Origin: a virus | Virus record (IMG/VR): IMGVR_UViG_3300045020_000106 | Location: 6,287-70,286 of that record | Reading direction: 5' to 3' (one strand) | DNA length: 64,000 nucleotides | Part shown: in pieces, positions 45,285-56,000 of the stretch | How the letters are laid out: the number at the start of each line of letters is the position of its first letter | Position numbering within the stretch: position 1 is the stretch's first letter | Program-made: the position numbers and the translations under genes | Notes under the pieces: generated by a model | Database searches by the model: none | The model's input: the letters and a program-made list of their open reading frames with translations, nothing else | What the model was told of the DNA's origin: nothing

Positions 45285-48200
45285 GTGCTCTGGTTTGGAA
45301 GGCCAGTCCCACAGAACAGGATGCTCGGGGAAGTGTGTCAAGACGACCCCACCAATCTTCCTGTTGGGCTGGCGGCTCTATGTCAAGAGATCGAATTCAC
45401 CCGTGACTCAGGCGGGCCGACGTGTGCCACGACACGCGCCGGAGTCAATCTCGCCATGCAGGGCACCGACCCCGGTGCGGCCGTCACAGGCTTGGACGGC
45501 TTTCTATACTCCCCGATAAACGCCACAGATCCCTTCTTTCAAATGCCACTGATTTATCAGCCGACCGTAGGCTCGGAATATGAATCTCCGGTCGGCACCG
45601 GCAGAATGGTGAACTTCCCACAAACCAACTTCTCGGAGATGACCAGCGCAGAGTTGGAAGGCACTCTTGTTCATGCGATTCGTGCGGTAGCAGGGAACCA
45701 GGTATTCACCGCTTACAGCGACTTAAATGTTCCAGTAAGTGGGCTGTCTACTATGGACCCCAAGGCGAAGACGTTGAACCCATTCGGCATTAAACCTTTC
45801 GGGTTTTATTGGCAGGCGAACCTACCCGTCCTGCAAGGAGAAATCTGCTGTCCTCCCACTCCTGCCAGTGGGAATGGTCATACTTATCAGGCGCAAAACT
45901 CAGGAACCACCGGAGCTACTGCTCCCGCCTTCCCGACCGGCGACGGCGCGACGGTCGACGACAATGGGATCATCTGGCAAGAACAGACGATAGTCATTGC
46001 CAATCGCCTACCTCCTCCCGCTTCGCCAGTCATAGCGGCGGAAGGCGCGGGCAGCGGACTTCCTGCCAATAAAGACGTTTACGTCGTCATCACGTTGGTA
46101 AATGCGCAGGGCGAATCTCTGGCTTCTGTTCCTGTATTCGCGACGACAGTCCTCAATCCATCTATAGTTGCAGTCCTGATTCCGTCGTTAGCCTCCATGA
46201 TGCGATGGATTCAAAATCTTCCCTCGCAGTATGTTCCTACCACAGCGAATGTGTATGCGGCGATTGTGGCGCATGGCAGCGCCGCACCTCCGCTCTCCTC
46301 GTACTTATTCATCAATTCGGCTGCGCTTGGCGGCGGAGTCAATATTGCCGCAGCGGGATCTGGGAATGCTCCGCCAACCTTCAACAGCGCCCGTGTAACT
46401 CCTGGACAGTTGCCCACTCCGACCACGTCCCCGGACATTCAACGGGTTCCTGCCGGAAGTCTTGTGCCGCCTCCGGGAGCGCCAAGTCTCACCGAAGTGC
46501 CGGGTGCAGGATCGACTCTGGCCGGTGGGTATTACGTTACCTTGACTTTGGTGAATGCAGCCGGTCAAACCAGCATCGGTGGAATAAGTTACATCGTCAT
46601 CGCCTCTGGGAGCGCGATTCAAGTGAATCTCGCCAGCTCCTACGGACCTTCGGTAACAGGAGTGAATGTGTGGTTTGTTGGGGCGGGCGGCGGGCCGACG
46701 ACCTATCTAGCGAATGCTTCCCCGGAAGCGCTCGGATCAAGCCCGCAATTTATTGCTCTGGGAATTGCGACTGCACTTCCACCGAATACAGCCGCGCTTC
46801 CCTCTGGAGGATTTACAGCCGGCCGCGATGTCTACGTAGCACAGACCTTCAAGAATGCCAACGGCGAAACACCGCTTGGACCCACGGCGAATGCGATCAT
46901 CAACACCAACGCCAACGATGCCGTATTCGTGCAGGTGCAAACCCCCACGGGACCGGACAACGAGCAACTCTACAGCATCACGCAGGTAGGCATTTACGAA
47001 GCGGACGTGCCCACAGGCTCACCGGCACCGCCCCCATCTGCCTTTGCGCTTGTTGGATATTTCAACAACCTGGCAACACCGTTTATTTTGGATAGCGCCA
47101 GCGGTCCCAATCCTCCGATCACCAACGGGACAGGTCCGGGCGGAGCCATTGCCGCGGATACGACGACAGGTGGACCGAATGGAACGCAAGGCATGCGTTA
47201 CGCCGCCTGCATGTGGATGAACCAGATTGAGACAGTCTCAGGGTTCACCTTGGCGAGCGTCGTCTCAACCATCATCGATGAAGGTGGATGGGAGATTGGA
47301 GTCTTCAATCTTCCCATAGGGATGCCGAACGTTATTGCGCGCATTGTCGCGTTAACCGTTGCTGACGGTGTGCAGGCAGGTCCATTCAACTGGATTGGAT
47401 TGGTCGACATCGATGTTCCCGCCCAAAATATCGTCTACCCACAGCAAACCCTTGTGGATCAGGTTGAGCAAAGCGCCACAGTATTTCTGGATAACACAAC
47501 CACGCAAGGCACATTCAACTTTACCGACACTTTCCTGCTCTCGGCGAATAACGTCGATGACCGACTGAGAATCACAATTCCACCGCAGGGCGTGCGCGTC
47601 GATTACCTCGAAGGCCTGGGTAGACTGGCGATCTCAGGCGTCCCCGGATTAAACAGCGGAGTTTATATCAGCTTAGGTGGGGAGGACTTCGAGAGCTTCT
47701 ATGGGGATACAAGTCCAGTCCCAATTTCCAGTGCGGGCGATCGGTGTTTTGGAATCACCGACCGATATAAAGGAATTCCCTTTGTTCTGATGGCCTCGGG
47801 AGGATTTACGCTCAGTCCCAATACCGGAGATCCTTCGAGTTGGTCCCCACTTCGCCGTTGGGGAGGAATCGATCAGGCGCAGCAGTTAGGGCCATGCGGT
47901 TTTCGGGCATGGTCGGCGTGCGGCAAATTCATCATCTTCGCCCATCGTACTGGCCTTTATAAGTACGACATGGCCGACCCTGACATGATGTCGAAAGAAG
48001 TTCCCAAGCGGTGGGCGCAAATCAACTGGGCGGCCGCGGAAACCATTTGCGTCACGATTGATGAAGATACCCACACCGTGCGCGTTTTGGTTCCGACAGG
48101 AGAGAGTACAGTCCCGAACGCGGAATACGTTCTCAGTTACATTGAAGGCTGGAATAATCCGATCCACTTTTCCACCTTCTCAGGCAAAGAAATCTCGATG

Positions 48201-48791
48201 GATGCCGCGCGGCGGTGGTCCTTCAACATGAGCGTTTCCGCATTTGTATGCGCCCGCCTGGCGAGAACTCTTCCACCCGGTGGGCAAGCGTTTCTGGATG
48301 GGCCGACATTTGAAACGCTTCCTGATTCCAGTTTCGGTATCTCACAACTGCTCTATGCCGACTCCGCACCAGACGGGGGAGTGCAGGCGCGAACGCCGGG
48401 AGTATTTTCGGACAATGGCGGATATATTGATTATCAGTACGAGACCATGAGCACGGGCATGATGCAGGCCGTGTGTAAGCCGGAAGGATTCAATCTGAAT
48501 GCAGCGGGAGGAGGGACTTGCATTGCATCGTTTATCGCCAGCCGGGCGCAAACCACGGATACCGGCGGTGACCCGGAGTTGGTTGACGAGTTAGAGGAGT
48601 TATTCTGCGATCCCATTCCACTTACCGCGCGACAAATCTCAGGTATTACCCGGAAGGTTCCACCGAGCATCAATGAATTCTGGCGGTTAAGATTTGTTAG
48701 CAACGCGCAACCGGGAGACTGGGTAAGCCTGAAAGCGGTGACGGTTTATGTGATTCCGTTCACGTCCGGGAGAGACCCAGGAGACCGATGA
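45285..48791 (+). CDS. Tail nozzle/stabilization protein (P22 gp10/T7 gp12-like) with FN3-like inserts
   Basis: 1168 aa after the adaptor; beta-propeller-like GPCGFRAW..FIIFAHRTGLY; three G..L.AG.YV..T.VNA.GE modules. Confidence 0.7.
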   Translation: MLWFGRPVPQNRMLGEVCQDDPTNLPVGLAALCQEIEFTRDSGGPTCATTRAGVNLAMQGTDPGAAVTGLDGFLYSPINATDPFFQMPLIYQPTVGSEYESPVGTGRMVNFPQTNFSEMTSAELEGTLVHAIRAVAGNQVFTAYSDLNVPVSGLSTMDPKAKTLNPFGIKPFGFYWQANLPVLQGEICCPPTPASGNGHTYQAQNSGTTGATAPAFPTGDGATVDDNGIIWQEQTIVIANRLPPPASPVIAAEGAGSGLPANKDVYVVITLVNAQGESLASVPVFATTVLNPSIVAVLIPSLASMMRWIQNLPSQYVPTTANVYAAIVAHGSAAPPLSSYLFINSAALGGGVNIAAAGSGNAPPTFNSARVTPGQLPTPTTSPDIQRVPAGSLVPPPGAPSLTEVPGAGSTLAGGYYVTLTLVNAAGQTSIGGISYIVIASGSAIQVNLASSYGPSVTGVNVWFVGAGGGPTTYLANASPEALGSSPQFIALGIATALPPNTAALPSGGFTAGRDVYVAQTFKNANGETPLGPTANAIINTNANDAVFVQVQTPTGPDNEQLYSITQVGIYEADVPTGSPAPPPSAFALVGYFNNLATPFILDSASGPNPPITNGTGPGGAIAADTTTGGPNGTQGMRYAACMWMNQIETVSGFTLASVVSTIIDEGGWEIGVFNLPIGMPNVIARIVALTVADGVQAGPFNWIGLVDIDVPAQNIVYPQQTLVDQVEQSATVFLDNTTTQGTFNFTDTFLLSANNVDDRLRITIPPQGVRVDYLEGLGRLAISGVPGLNSGVYISLGGEDFESFYGDTSPVPISSAGDRCFGITDRYKGIPFVLMASGGFTLSPNTGDPSSWSPLRRWGGIDQAQQLGPCGFRAWSACGKFIIFAHRTGLYKYDMADPDMMSKEVPKRWAQINWAAAETICVTIDEDTHTVRVLVPTGESTVPNAEYVLSYIEGWNNPIHFSTFSGKEISMDAARRWSFNMSVSAFVCARLARTLPPGGQAFLDGPTFETLPDSSFGISQLLYADSAPDGGVQARTPGVFSDNGGYIDYQYETMSTGMMQAVCKPEGFNLNAAGGGTCIASFIASRAQTTDTGGDPELVDELEELFCDPIPLTARQISGITRKVPPSINEFWRLRFVSNAQPGDWVSLKAVTVYVIPFTSGRDPGDR

Positions 48792-49045
48792 GATGTCATG
48801 TAGTTCAATGGCATGCGAAAGTGCCTATTATTCGGGCACATCTCGTGAAAATACCAGAGATCACCATCCTTCGGCGGGAGCGCATACTCTGAGTGCAGAA
48901 TCACGGTCTCCGCGCACCGTGAGCAGTATAGCGCGATCACGGCACCATCAGCGGGTTGCGATAGTTTAGTGATGAAGATTCCGCGTTCCGGGGAAAGAAC
49001 AGCGTTAGAGGCGGTCGGTCCAGATAGTAAACCTTCATATTCCAT
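48746..49045 (-). CDS. Antisense moron gene, 99-aa Zn-binding protein
   Basis: MEYEGLL...CSRC...HEMC; own promoter; fills the gap between tail genes. Confidence 0.55.
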   Translation of the reverse strand: MEYEGLLSGPTASNAVLSPERGIFITKLSQPADGAVIALYCSRCAETVILHSEYALPPKDGDLWYFHEMCPNNRHFRMPLNYMTSHRSPGSLPDVNGIT

Positions 49046-49052
49046 GCCGAAA

Positions 49053-49081
49053 AGCCTACTCCGATGAGCCAAACAATTCAA
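49053..49081 (-). promoter_or_regulatory. Sigma70 promoter for the moron (leaderless)
   Basis: TTGAAT-17 nt-TAGGCT, 7 nt before ATG 49045. Confidence 0.5.
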
Positions 49082-49894
49082 GCTAATCCCAGAGCACTCG
49101 TGGAATCGATTGCTCGGAGACTTCCTCCCAGCGCCTCCGATGACTTCCGTAACTTGATGAACGAAGTCATCCTTGCGAACCTCACGTATCTCGCGCCAGG
49201 CGGGAACCTGATTCAACCGGGCGGGACGCCAGCCAATTCCGCAGCGGCCCCGGCAGGCGTAAGCCATACAGTCACAGGAGGGAGCGGAGTCGCTACAGTA
49301 GCGATTCAAAATCCGACGAACTACCCCGGCCAACAGTTATGGCATGAAGTCAGCTATGGACCATTGAGCAGTTTTACCAAAGGCGTGACCACACTGGAGC
49401 CGACAACTTCGACGAATATCACCATCCCGAATTCGGGAGTCAGCGCGTACTACCGGCTGCGATCTAGCTTCGACAAAGTCAATTGGAGTCCTTACCAGAG
49501 AGCGCAATTGACTCCGGTGGATGCGGGTTTAGTGGAAGCGGATGCGATGTCAGCCGCAGGTGCTTTTAACCAGACCAATTTCGCGCAAATTAATTCTCCT
49601 GGAGCGGGAGTCGATTCCCTGATTACTATCAGCGGCCCCGGCGGGCCTTTTACGCCCTACACGGCCATCCGGGGAACAACGCAGAGTTCGAGACCTTCGG
49701 CGACCATTGTAGGGAGCCTTTCCAGTTTCAGCGCGTTTGTGGGATGGGATGGCTCGCAGTACCAAATAAAGCCCACGCTGGCGAATGTGCTCGCGGATAA
49801 TCTGGAGCCGGTCGGGAAGGTTGTCATCGGGAATCCGCCCGCTGGTGGCGGTGGCGTGAATGGATCGAACGGCGGGAGACTTACAGCCGTATGA
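49064..49894 (+). CDS. Tail-associated structural protein (FN3-like)
   Basis: YYRLRSSF...WS.Y FN3-type strand; operon context. Confidence 0.6.
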   Translation: MSQTIQANPRALVESIARRLPPSASDDFRNLMNEVILANLTYLAPGGNLIQPGGTPANSAAAPAGVSHTVTGGSGVATVAIQNPTNYPGQQLWHEVSYGPLSSFTKGVTTLEPTTSTNITIPNSGVSAYYRLRSSFDKVNWSPYQRAQLTPVDAGLVEADAMSAAGAFNQTNFAQINSPGAGVDSLITISGPGGPFTPYTAIRGTTQSSRPSATIVGSLSSFSAFVGWDGSQYQIKPTLANVLADNLEPVGKVVIGNPPAGGGGVNGSNGGRLTAV

Positions 49895-50160
49895 GCTGGA
49901 AAGAAGCCGAAGAATTCATCGATCTTGCGACCTCGCGCCATGTGCAGGTTTACAAGAATGCGGACACCGGCGATGTGCATCACCTGATTCACTACTTCCA
50001 GATCCCGAAATGCGAAACGTGCGGAGCGATCCACGGGCCCGCATCATTTGAGGATTTCCAGAAGAAGAAAGACGAAACTTTGGCCGCTTTGAACGCTCAC
50101 CACAGACAGGTATTGCAGTATGCCGAGAAGCATCCGCGAGTTCGAAAGGTTTCGAAGTGA
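49891..50160 (+). CDS. Small Zn-ribbon protein
   Basis: CETCG; ATGA/GTGA overlaps. Confidence 0.6.
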   Translation: MSWKEAEEFIDLATSRHVQVYKNADTGDVHHLIHYFQIPKCETCGAIHGPASFEDFQKKKDETLAALNAHHRQVLQYAEKHPRVRKVSK

Positions 50161-50642
50161 GAACCCGTCTGAGGGAGATGCGGCCAGCCGATGTACCTGT
50201 AGTAATGGATCGCCTCGCCGAGCAAAATGCGCGCGACAAGACCAGTTACACCCTGCCACAGATATTCGACGAGCAGGGTCACAGGCTGGCACGAATCGCG
50301 CTCGCCCTCGTCGCCGTAGATGACGAGGGAGTTGTTCAACAAGGGCATATCTGGGAGAAGACCCTGGAGCAGACCAGTTACGGGATCAGCGCGAAATCGA
50401 CTGTCTGTTCCATGCGGGAGCAGTATGCGATTTTTTATATTCTCAACTCCCGTGGATATGAAGATTTTCATCTCTTCGTGCCGAAGGAGCGCGTGGAGGA
50501 TATGCAGCATGGTCTCGAAACGATTTATGGGTTGAGCGCCACAGGGTTAACGCACTTTTACCGCCGGCTGGACCCCGCTGAGAACGCGGCATTGCAGGAG
50601 TTTTATAAACGCCAGTTGGAAAAAGAAGGAGTTAGCCAATGA
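50157..50642 (+). CDS. GNAT-like protein (P22 gp14/T7 gp13 position)
   Basis: LREMRPADVP..., LVAVDDEGVV; lies before the ejection genes. Confidence 0.6.
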   Translation: MRTRLREMRPADVPVVMDRLAEQNARDKTSYTLPQIFDEQGHRLARIALALVAVDDEGVVQQGHIWEKTLEQTSYGISAKSTVCSMREQYAIFYILNSRGYEDFHLFVPKERVEDMQHGLETIYGLSATGLTHFYRRLDPAENAALQEFYKRQLEKEGVSQ

Positions 50643-51490
50643 GCCGCGGCCAACAGGGTACAGTGTTTTCTACAGGTGCTTCTCAGAACAAAAACCTCAA
50701 TAACCTGTCCAATAGTTCCTTCAACGCCGCGCAAACTGACCTAGGTCAAACCGAAGGCGACATCAACTCCTTTGGCGATGAACTCTCGCAATTCAAAGCC
50801 AACAACCCCTACACCGCAGGGGGAGCATTTCAAACCGCCTCGAATCAGGAAGCGGCAGATACCTCAGCGGCTACCGCAGAGCGAACCGGACAGATGCTGC
50901 AAAGCGCGGCGGTGCGCGGCGGCCAGAATCCCAATGCCGCTATTCAGGCCACGGAAGATACGGCGATTGCCGGACAACGCGAACAGGCAGGCGAAGAAGC
51001 GGAAGCCACAAAACAACGCTTGGGATTGGACACCGGATACGGTCAGGAAGTCCTGGGAGCCACCGGCCAGAAAGAGCAGATGCAGCAGGCTCTCACGAAC
51101 GAGCAGGCAGGCATTGCGGGCAAAGAGGGGGAACTCGCCGAGGGCGCATTGAGCGAAGAAGAGAAAGCCGCACAAACCCCAAGCTTCCTGGATGAGTTAG
51201 GGCAGGGCGCGATCAATGCGGGCGTAGCGTTTGCGGGAGGAGCCGGGAAGGCGATTGGCTGTTGGATCGCGGCTGCCTGCTTTGACGGTTGGGACGATCC
51301 CCGCACAATCATGGTTCGCGGGTATATCTTTGGACCATTTGCACAGTCGTGGATTGGCGCGAAGATTTCTCAAGCCTATCTACGCTACGGCGAGCGCATC
51401 GCCGCAAGAATAACTCACTCCTCGTCACTCAAATGGCTAATGACCAAAGTGTGTAACATCGCGCTAAAGCAGGCGGTGAAGCGTGGCTAA
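50639..51490 (+). CDS. Ejection/internal virion protein with a CFI-box-CTERM-like C-terminus
   Basis: Ala/Gln-rich helical body; GCWIAAACF...YLRYGERIA. Confidence 0.65.
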   Translation: MSRGQQGTVFSTGASQNKNLNNLSNSSFNAAQTDLGQTEGDINSFGDELSQFKANNPYTAGGAFQTASNQEAADTSAATAERTGQMLQSAAVRGGQNPNAAIQATEDTAIAGQREQAGEEAEATKQRLGLDTGYGQEVLGATGQKEQMQQALTNEQAGIAGKEGELAEGALSEEEKAAQTPSFLDELGQGAINAGVAFAGGAGKAIGCWIAAACFDGWDDPRTIMVRGYIFGPFAQSWIGAKISQAYLRYGERIAARITHSSSLKWLMTKVCNIALKQAVKRG

Positions 51491-53096
51491 CGAATATAAA
51501 ACCGGTCTCGACGATCAGGACGAACTCAGTCAATTTCCCAGCGCTTCCTCGCCCCTGACGGCGATGGGGATTGATCCAGATGAAGTCGCCAAAAATCCTG
51601 ACACTCTGAATAAGTTGAGTGGCGTGTATCCACTGGCGTATAACGCCCCGAAGCAGACCGAATCCCCAGACAAGCAACAGGCGGGCATGGCTGGCGGAGC
51701 GGGCGCCACTCCTACGACTGATCCAACCGAAACTCCTGAGTCCTATGGCGTGGAAGGGTTGGGGATGCTGAAGAAGAACCTCGAATCCGCCACGGAAGCG
51801 GCCAATGAAGTTCCCACCAAAGAGCCGGATAAGATTGCCCAACTCACCACCGAGCGCGAGAAGTTAGCCAAACCGGCACAACGCTTCGACCCCACAACAG
51901 GCAAGCAGCTTACTCAGACCCAAGAGTATGACCCCGACAAAGGGCAGATGGTCACCATCAACCCCAAGGAAGGGACTGGCGGGAAGGTATGGCGCGGGAT
52001 TCGTGGAGGACTGCAAGGTCTGGCGATCGGCGGAATTCCGGGCGCGGTCACCGGCGCGCTGTCTCCTGAAAAAGTTGGCGGCACAGCCTACAGCGCCCCA
52101 AGCAAAGCCTACCAGAAGGGTGAAGAACGCCGCGAACAAGCTTTGGGCGCCACAGATGAAGAATTGAAACAGGCAAGAGAAAGCTGGAAACAAGCGGTCG
52201 ACGCTTCGAAAGCGAAAGCGGGAGAGTATCGTTCAAACGCAGCAATCGGGAAAGATATCACTACTGGCGCAACAGGGTTAATCAATGCGGAGAACAAACC
52301 CGCACCCGAGGACAAAGCCCAACTCTCGCAAAAACTATGGGAACAACGCCGTCAGCAACTAACGGACCCCTCTCTCGCGAAACTCTCTCCACTGCAAAAA
52401 GCACTTTATATGGCGAATGGGAAAGTCCCTGACCCACGGGAACCCAATGAAGCCGATGTGCAGGCCGCAAATATGGCGAGGGCTCTGACGATCTGGAAAG
52501 GGAGTCATGGAGGGAAATCCCCGGCTACCGTGGAAGAGTTTAACGAGGTCATGCAATCGGCGAAAGGCGAACTTGGAAAAGGGAAGGCTGCGGGCCAGCC
52601 TACCCCGCAGCAGTCCAAAGCCATCTCGGACAAGAAGGCTGCGGCCATTGAGAAAGCTAATCGAGACTTCGCCAACGCCGACGGTGGAAAAGATGCGCTG
52701 GCGGAGTATCAACGCCAACTGCAGGAAGCGCAAAACGCTTACGAAGAAGACATTGGCGACATGGGCCAAGGAACCACACACCAAGTCGTTACCGTGGATA
52801 ACAAGGGGCAAGTTACATGGACGCCGCAAGCAACTCCAGCACCACAGGCACCAGTGGGCGGTCCATCCCCGCAGGTCGCACAGCCTGCGACTCCACAACC
52901 GACGACCCCCCAACCCACACAACCGCAGCAACCACCACGCAAGAATCAACCACTGGTTAAGCCGGGGAGTGAAATCAGTTTTGATGGGAAACCCACAAAA
53001 GTCACTGAAGTTCGGCGGAATCCTCAGACCGACGAGTACGCCTATAACATCGGCGGAAAGTGGTATACCGACAAAGAGATGAAACCCTCCAAGTAA
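51483..53096 (+). CDS. Ejection/internal virion protein
   Basis: Helical, Gly-zipper RGGLQGLAIGGIPGAVTGAL; position in the operon. Confidence 0.65.
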   Translation: MANEYKTGLDDQDELSQFPSASSPLTAMGIDPDEVAKNPDTLNKLSGVYPLAYNAPKQTESPDKQQAGMAGGAGATPTTDPTETPESYGVEGLGMLKKNLESATEAANEVPTKEPDKIAQLTTEREKLAKPAQRFDPTTGKQLTQTQEYDPDKGQMVTINPKEGTGGKVWRGIRGGLQGLAIGGIPGAVTGALSPEKVGGTAYSAPSKAYQKGEERREQALGATDEELKQARESWKQAVDASKAKAGEYRSNAAIGKDITTGATGLINAENKPAPEDKAQLSQKLWEQRRQQLTDPSLAKLSPLQKALYMANGKVPDPREPNEADVQAANMARALTIWKGSHGGKSPATVEEFNEVMQSAKGELGKGKAAGQPTPQQSKAISDKKAAAIEKANRDFANADGGKDALAEYQRQLQEAQNAYEEDIGDMGQGTTHQVVTVDNKGQVTWTPQATPAPQAPVGGPSPQVAQPATPQPTTPQPTQPQQPPRKNQPLVKPGSEISFDGKPTKVTEVRRNPQTDEYAYNIGGKWYTDKEMKPSK

Positions 53097-53099
53097 TCC

Positions 53100-56000
53100 A
53101 TGCCCACCGTTGCCGAGCCGGACACTACCGATGAATCCGTCAGCGTCCGGAGTGCGCCTCCGTCTGGATTTACGGAGTCCCTATCAGCATCTGAGACCGG
53201 CGACCGCAGCAAACCTCCCACTGGCTTCAGTGAAGTCCACGATGCCTCCGCTCCGCCTCCAGGCTTTACCGAAGATGTAGGGGCGCAACAGAACGTCGAT
53301 CAGGCGCTCGCAGGCGCACCCAAGCCACAGGTAAACATGCAACCCGTGGCTGTGACATCGGGCCGTCCCGTGGGTAGTCCCGCAGCTGTGGCACCCGCTC
53401 CCGGAACGGAACTGGAGCATTTTGGTGCGCTCGTGCCGCAAGCCGCTGTCCCGGCCCTGCAGTCCATTCAGACACATGTCAATGAGCCTCTGAATAAAGC
53501 CGCGCAGGCTGGCGCGGAATTTGGCAAAGAGGTTGGTCAAGAAGCCGTCACCGGAGCGACGATTCTTTCGCACCCCGCAGAATCGCTCAGCGCGGCCCTG
53601 TCATCGCCTTACGGACCAAAGCCAGCCACAGAAACGCCAGAGCAGACCGCCCAGCGCGAGCACCCGGTAGCAATGGTAATTGCGAGTGGCGTGGGTGAAG
53701 CAGCTGGCGGCGCTGCGGCCGATCCGCGCAACTGGCCCTTCTTTGCTTCTGGCGGAGCCCGCCCGGTCCTGCAGAAAATCATCAGCTTAGGGTTCAGCGG
53801 CATGATGGCCAAAGATGCCACGGACGCCGCTGTCGACCTGCACGCCAATTGGGATAAATACACACCACAGCAACGTGCGGAGATTGCGGCGAAGGGCGGC
53901 ATTTCCGGCGTGATGGCGGCGATGGGTGCCTATCACGCGGCCACATCCAAGCTTCCGCCTCCAGCCCCACTCCGCCCCGAGCCGGAAAGCCTTACGGCGC
54001 TTCATAACGAAGCGCGAGACATCGTCAACTCGGCTGGACTGGAATATCCCTACAACCCGACGCCGGAAGATCTGAAAACAAGCTATCGCCAATTCCAGGC
54101 GCGTGCCGCGAACGCCGCGGAAGCCGATCAGCCAGCGATGAAGGAAAAGGCCAATCGACTCCAGGAAATCTATGACAAGTTGAGCAAGGGAGCGCCAACC
54201 GAGAAGCCAGTTCATCACACATCGAACGACGTTAAGGCTCTGCGAGAAAGCGCCGAAGCACAATCCGGCAAGATTGGCGATGCCGTCGCGAAAGCCGCGG
54301 AACCCGTAGAGGGCGCAAAAGTCGAAGCCGTCCGCGATGCGAAAGACTCCGACCGGATCGAAGATAAAGCCAAACGGCAGAACGTGCAACCCTCACAGAT
54401 CGGGGATATTGCCGGCGCCAAGGTCTCGGTCCCAGATCAGGAAGCGGCGAATGAAGTCCTGAAAAATCTGCACCAAGAAATGCCGGTGGAATCGGCAAAT
54501 GGGACGGTTACGGGTGAGCCGCAGAATAACGCCGTGCGGCAGACGCAGGCCATTGTCGACACCGAGGCACCACCAGAGGAGCCGATAAAGCATGCTGAGA
54601 TCATGTTGCAGACCCCAGAGATGCACGCCGCAACCGATCGCACCCACGACCAATATCGCGAGGCGCAAGAACTTCGTGCTCAGGGTAAAGAAGCCGAAGC
54701 CCAGGCCATCGAGTCTGAAATTGCAAAGACACACGAAGCGGCAGAGCAAGCCGCTAGATCACGCCAAGGAGAATCCGATGCCCTTTCGCAGCGAGGCCCA
54801 GCAACGGTTCATGGAGGCGCACAAAAAGAAAATGGCGCGTCAGGGCGTGAACCTGAAAGAGTGGGAGCAGGCAACGGACTTCAAGAAACTCCCACCCCGA
54901 GCGCCCAAGCCGCCGAAAAAGAAAAGCTCCCCGACCACCTAGGAGATAAACGCGTTCAGGTGAAAGACGCGAAAACCGGGGAATGGAAAGATGGAACGGT
55001 AATCGCCGATGTCATGCGCTCCGGGCCGACGACGCGCGGCGAAGCAACCCTACGAAAACTTCGCGGGCAATTTGATGATGGTGGAAGATTCGATGTAGGC
55101 CCAGAGAGTATCCGCCTTCCCCAAAGTAAGCGGGTAGGCGTCGACTTCGATGGAACGCTGGTCAAAGAAAATGCCGACGGTTCAATAGGCGAACCAATCC
55201 CAGAGCGTATTGCCAGTCTGAAGCAAAGAATTGCGGCAGGGGATGATGTCATCATCGAAAGCCACAGAGCAAAAGACCCGCAGCAAATCGCGAATATTCA
55301 AGAGGTACTGATCTCCCAAGGCCTTCCAAGGCTCCCCGTCACTGCAAAGAAAACAGCCGCCGGAGAATTGATTGACGACAAGCAGGGGAAGACACCGGGA
55401 GTCGATGTCGACCGTGTAGCCACAAATGCGAATGCTCCACTCCCAGATAAACCCTTTGCCCTCTCAGAGCATGAAAAAGAACTCTCCAAACCCTATGGTC
55501 CTCCCAAAGCAGATTTTGGAGGAAGAGTCCCGGATGAATCGTTAGGACTCAATCCGAATCCGGCAGAAGATTTCGGCAACAAAGCCCGCGCCGAAGTGGA
55601 GCGGAGAATGGGCGGAGCCTTACCACGAGGAGCCACAGAGCGGCGCGTAGAACCCCAGACCGACGATGAGAAACTAAAAGCCGCTTTCGCCGGATCACGT
55701 AGTGTAGGGAACAAAGAAGGGGGCTTATTCACTCAAGCAAAGTCTGAGTTATTCCCTGGTAAGCGGGAGTTATCCAATGACGAAATTGCGAAAGTTGAGA
55801 CGCGCGCGCGCGAACTCAGCTCACAAAAGACAGCAACGTCTGAAAAGACGAGTCAACCTGTGGGAGGTTCTGATGCTGGAAAAGAGCGTGGGAGTCCAGC
55901 CAAGGAAACGCGCAAAGAAGTAGCTCCCGGCAAAGTCGGAGAGATGAAAGTATCCGACCTTCGAGTCGCACCGAATAAGTTCCAGTATAAGTTAGGCACG

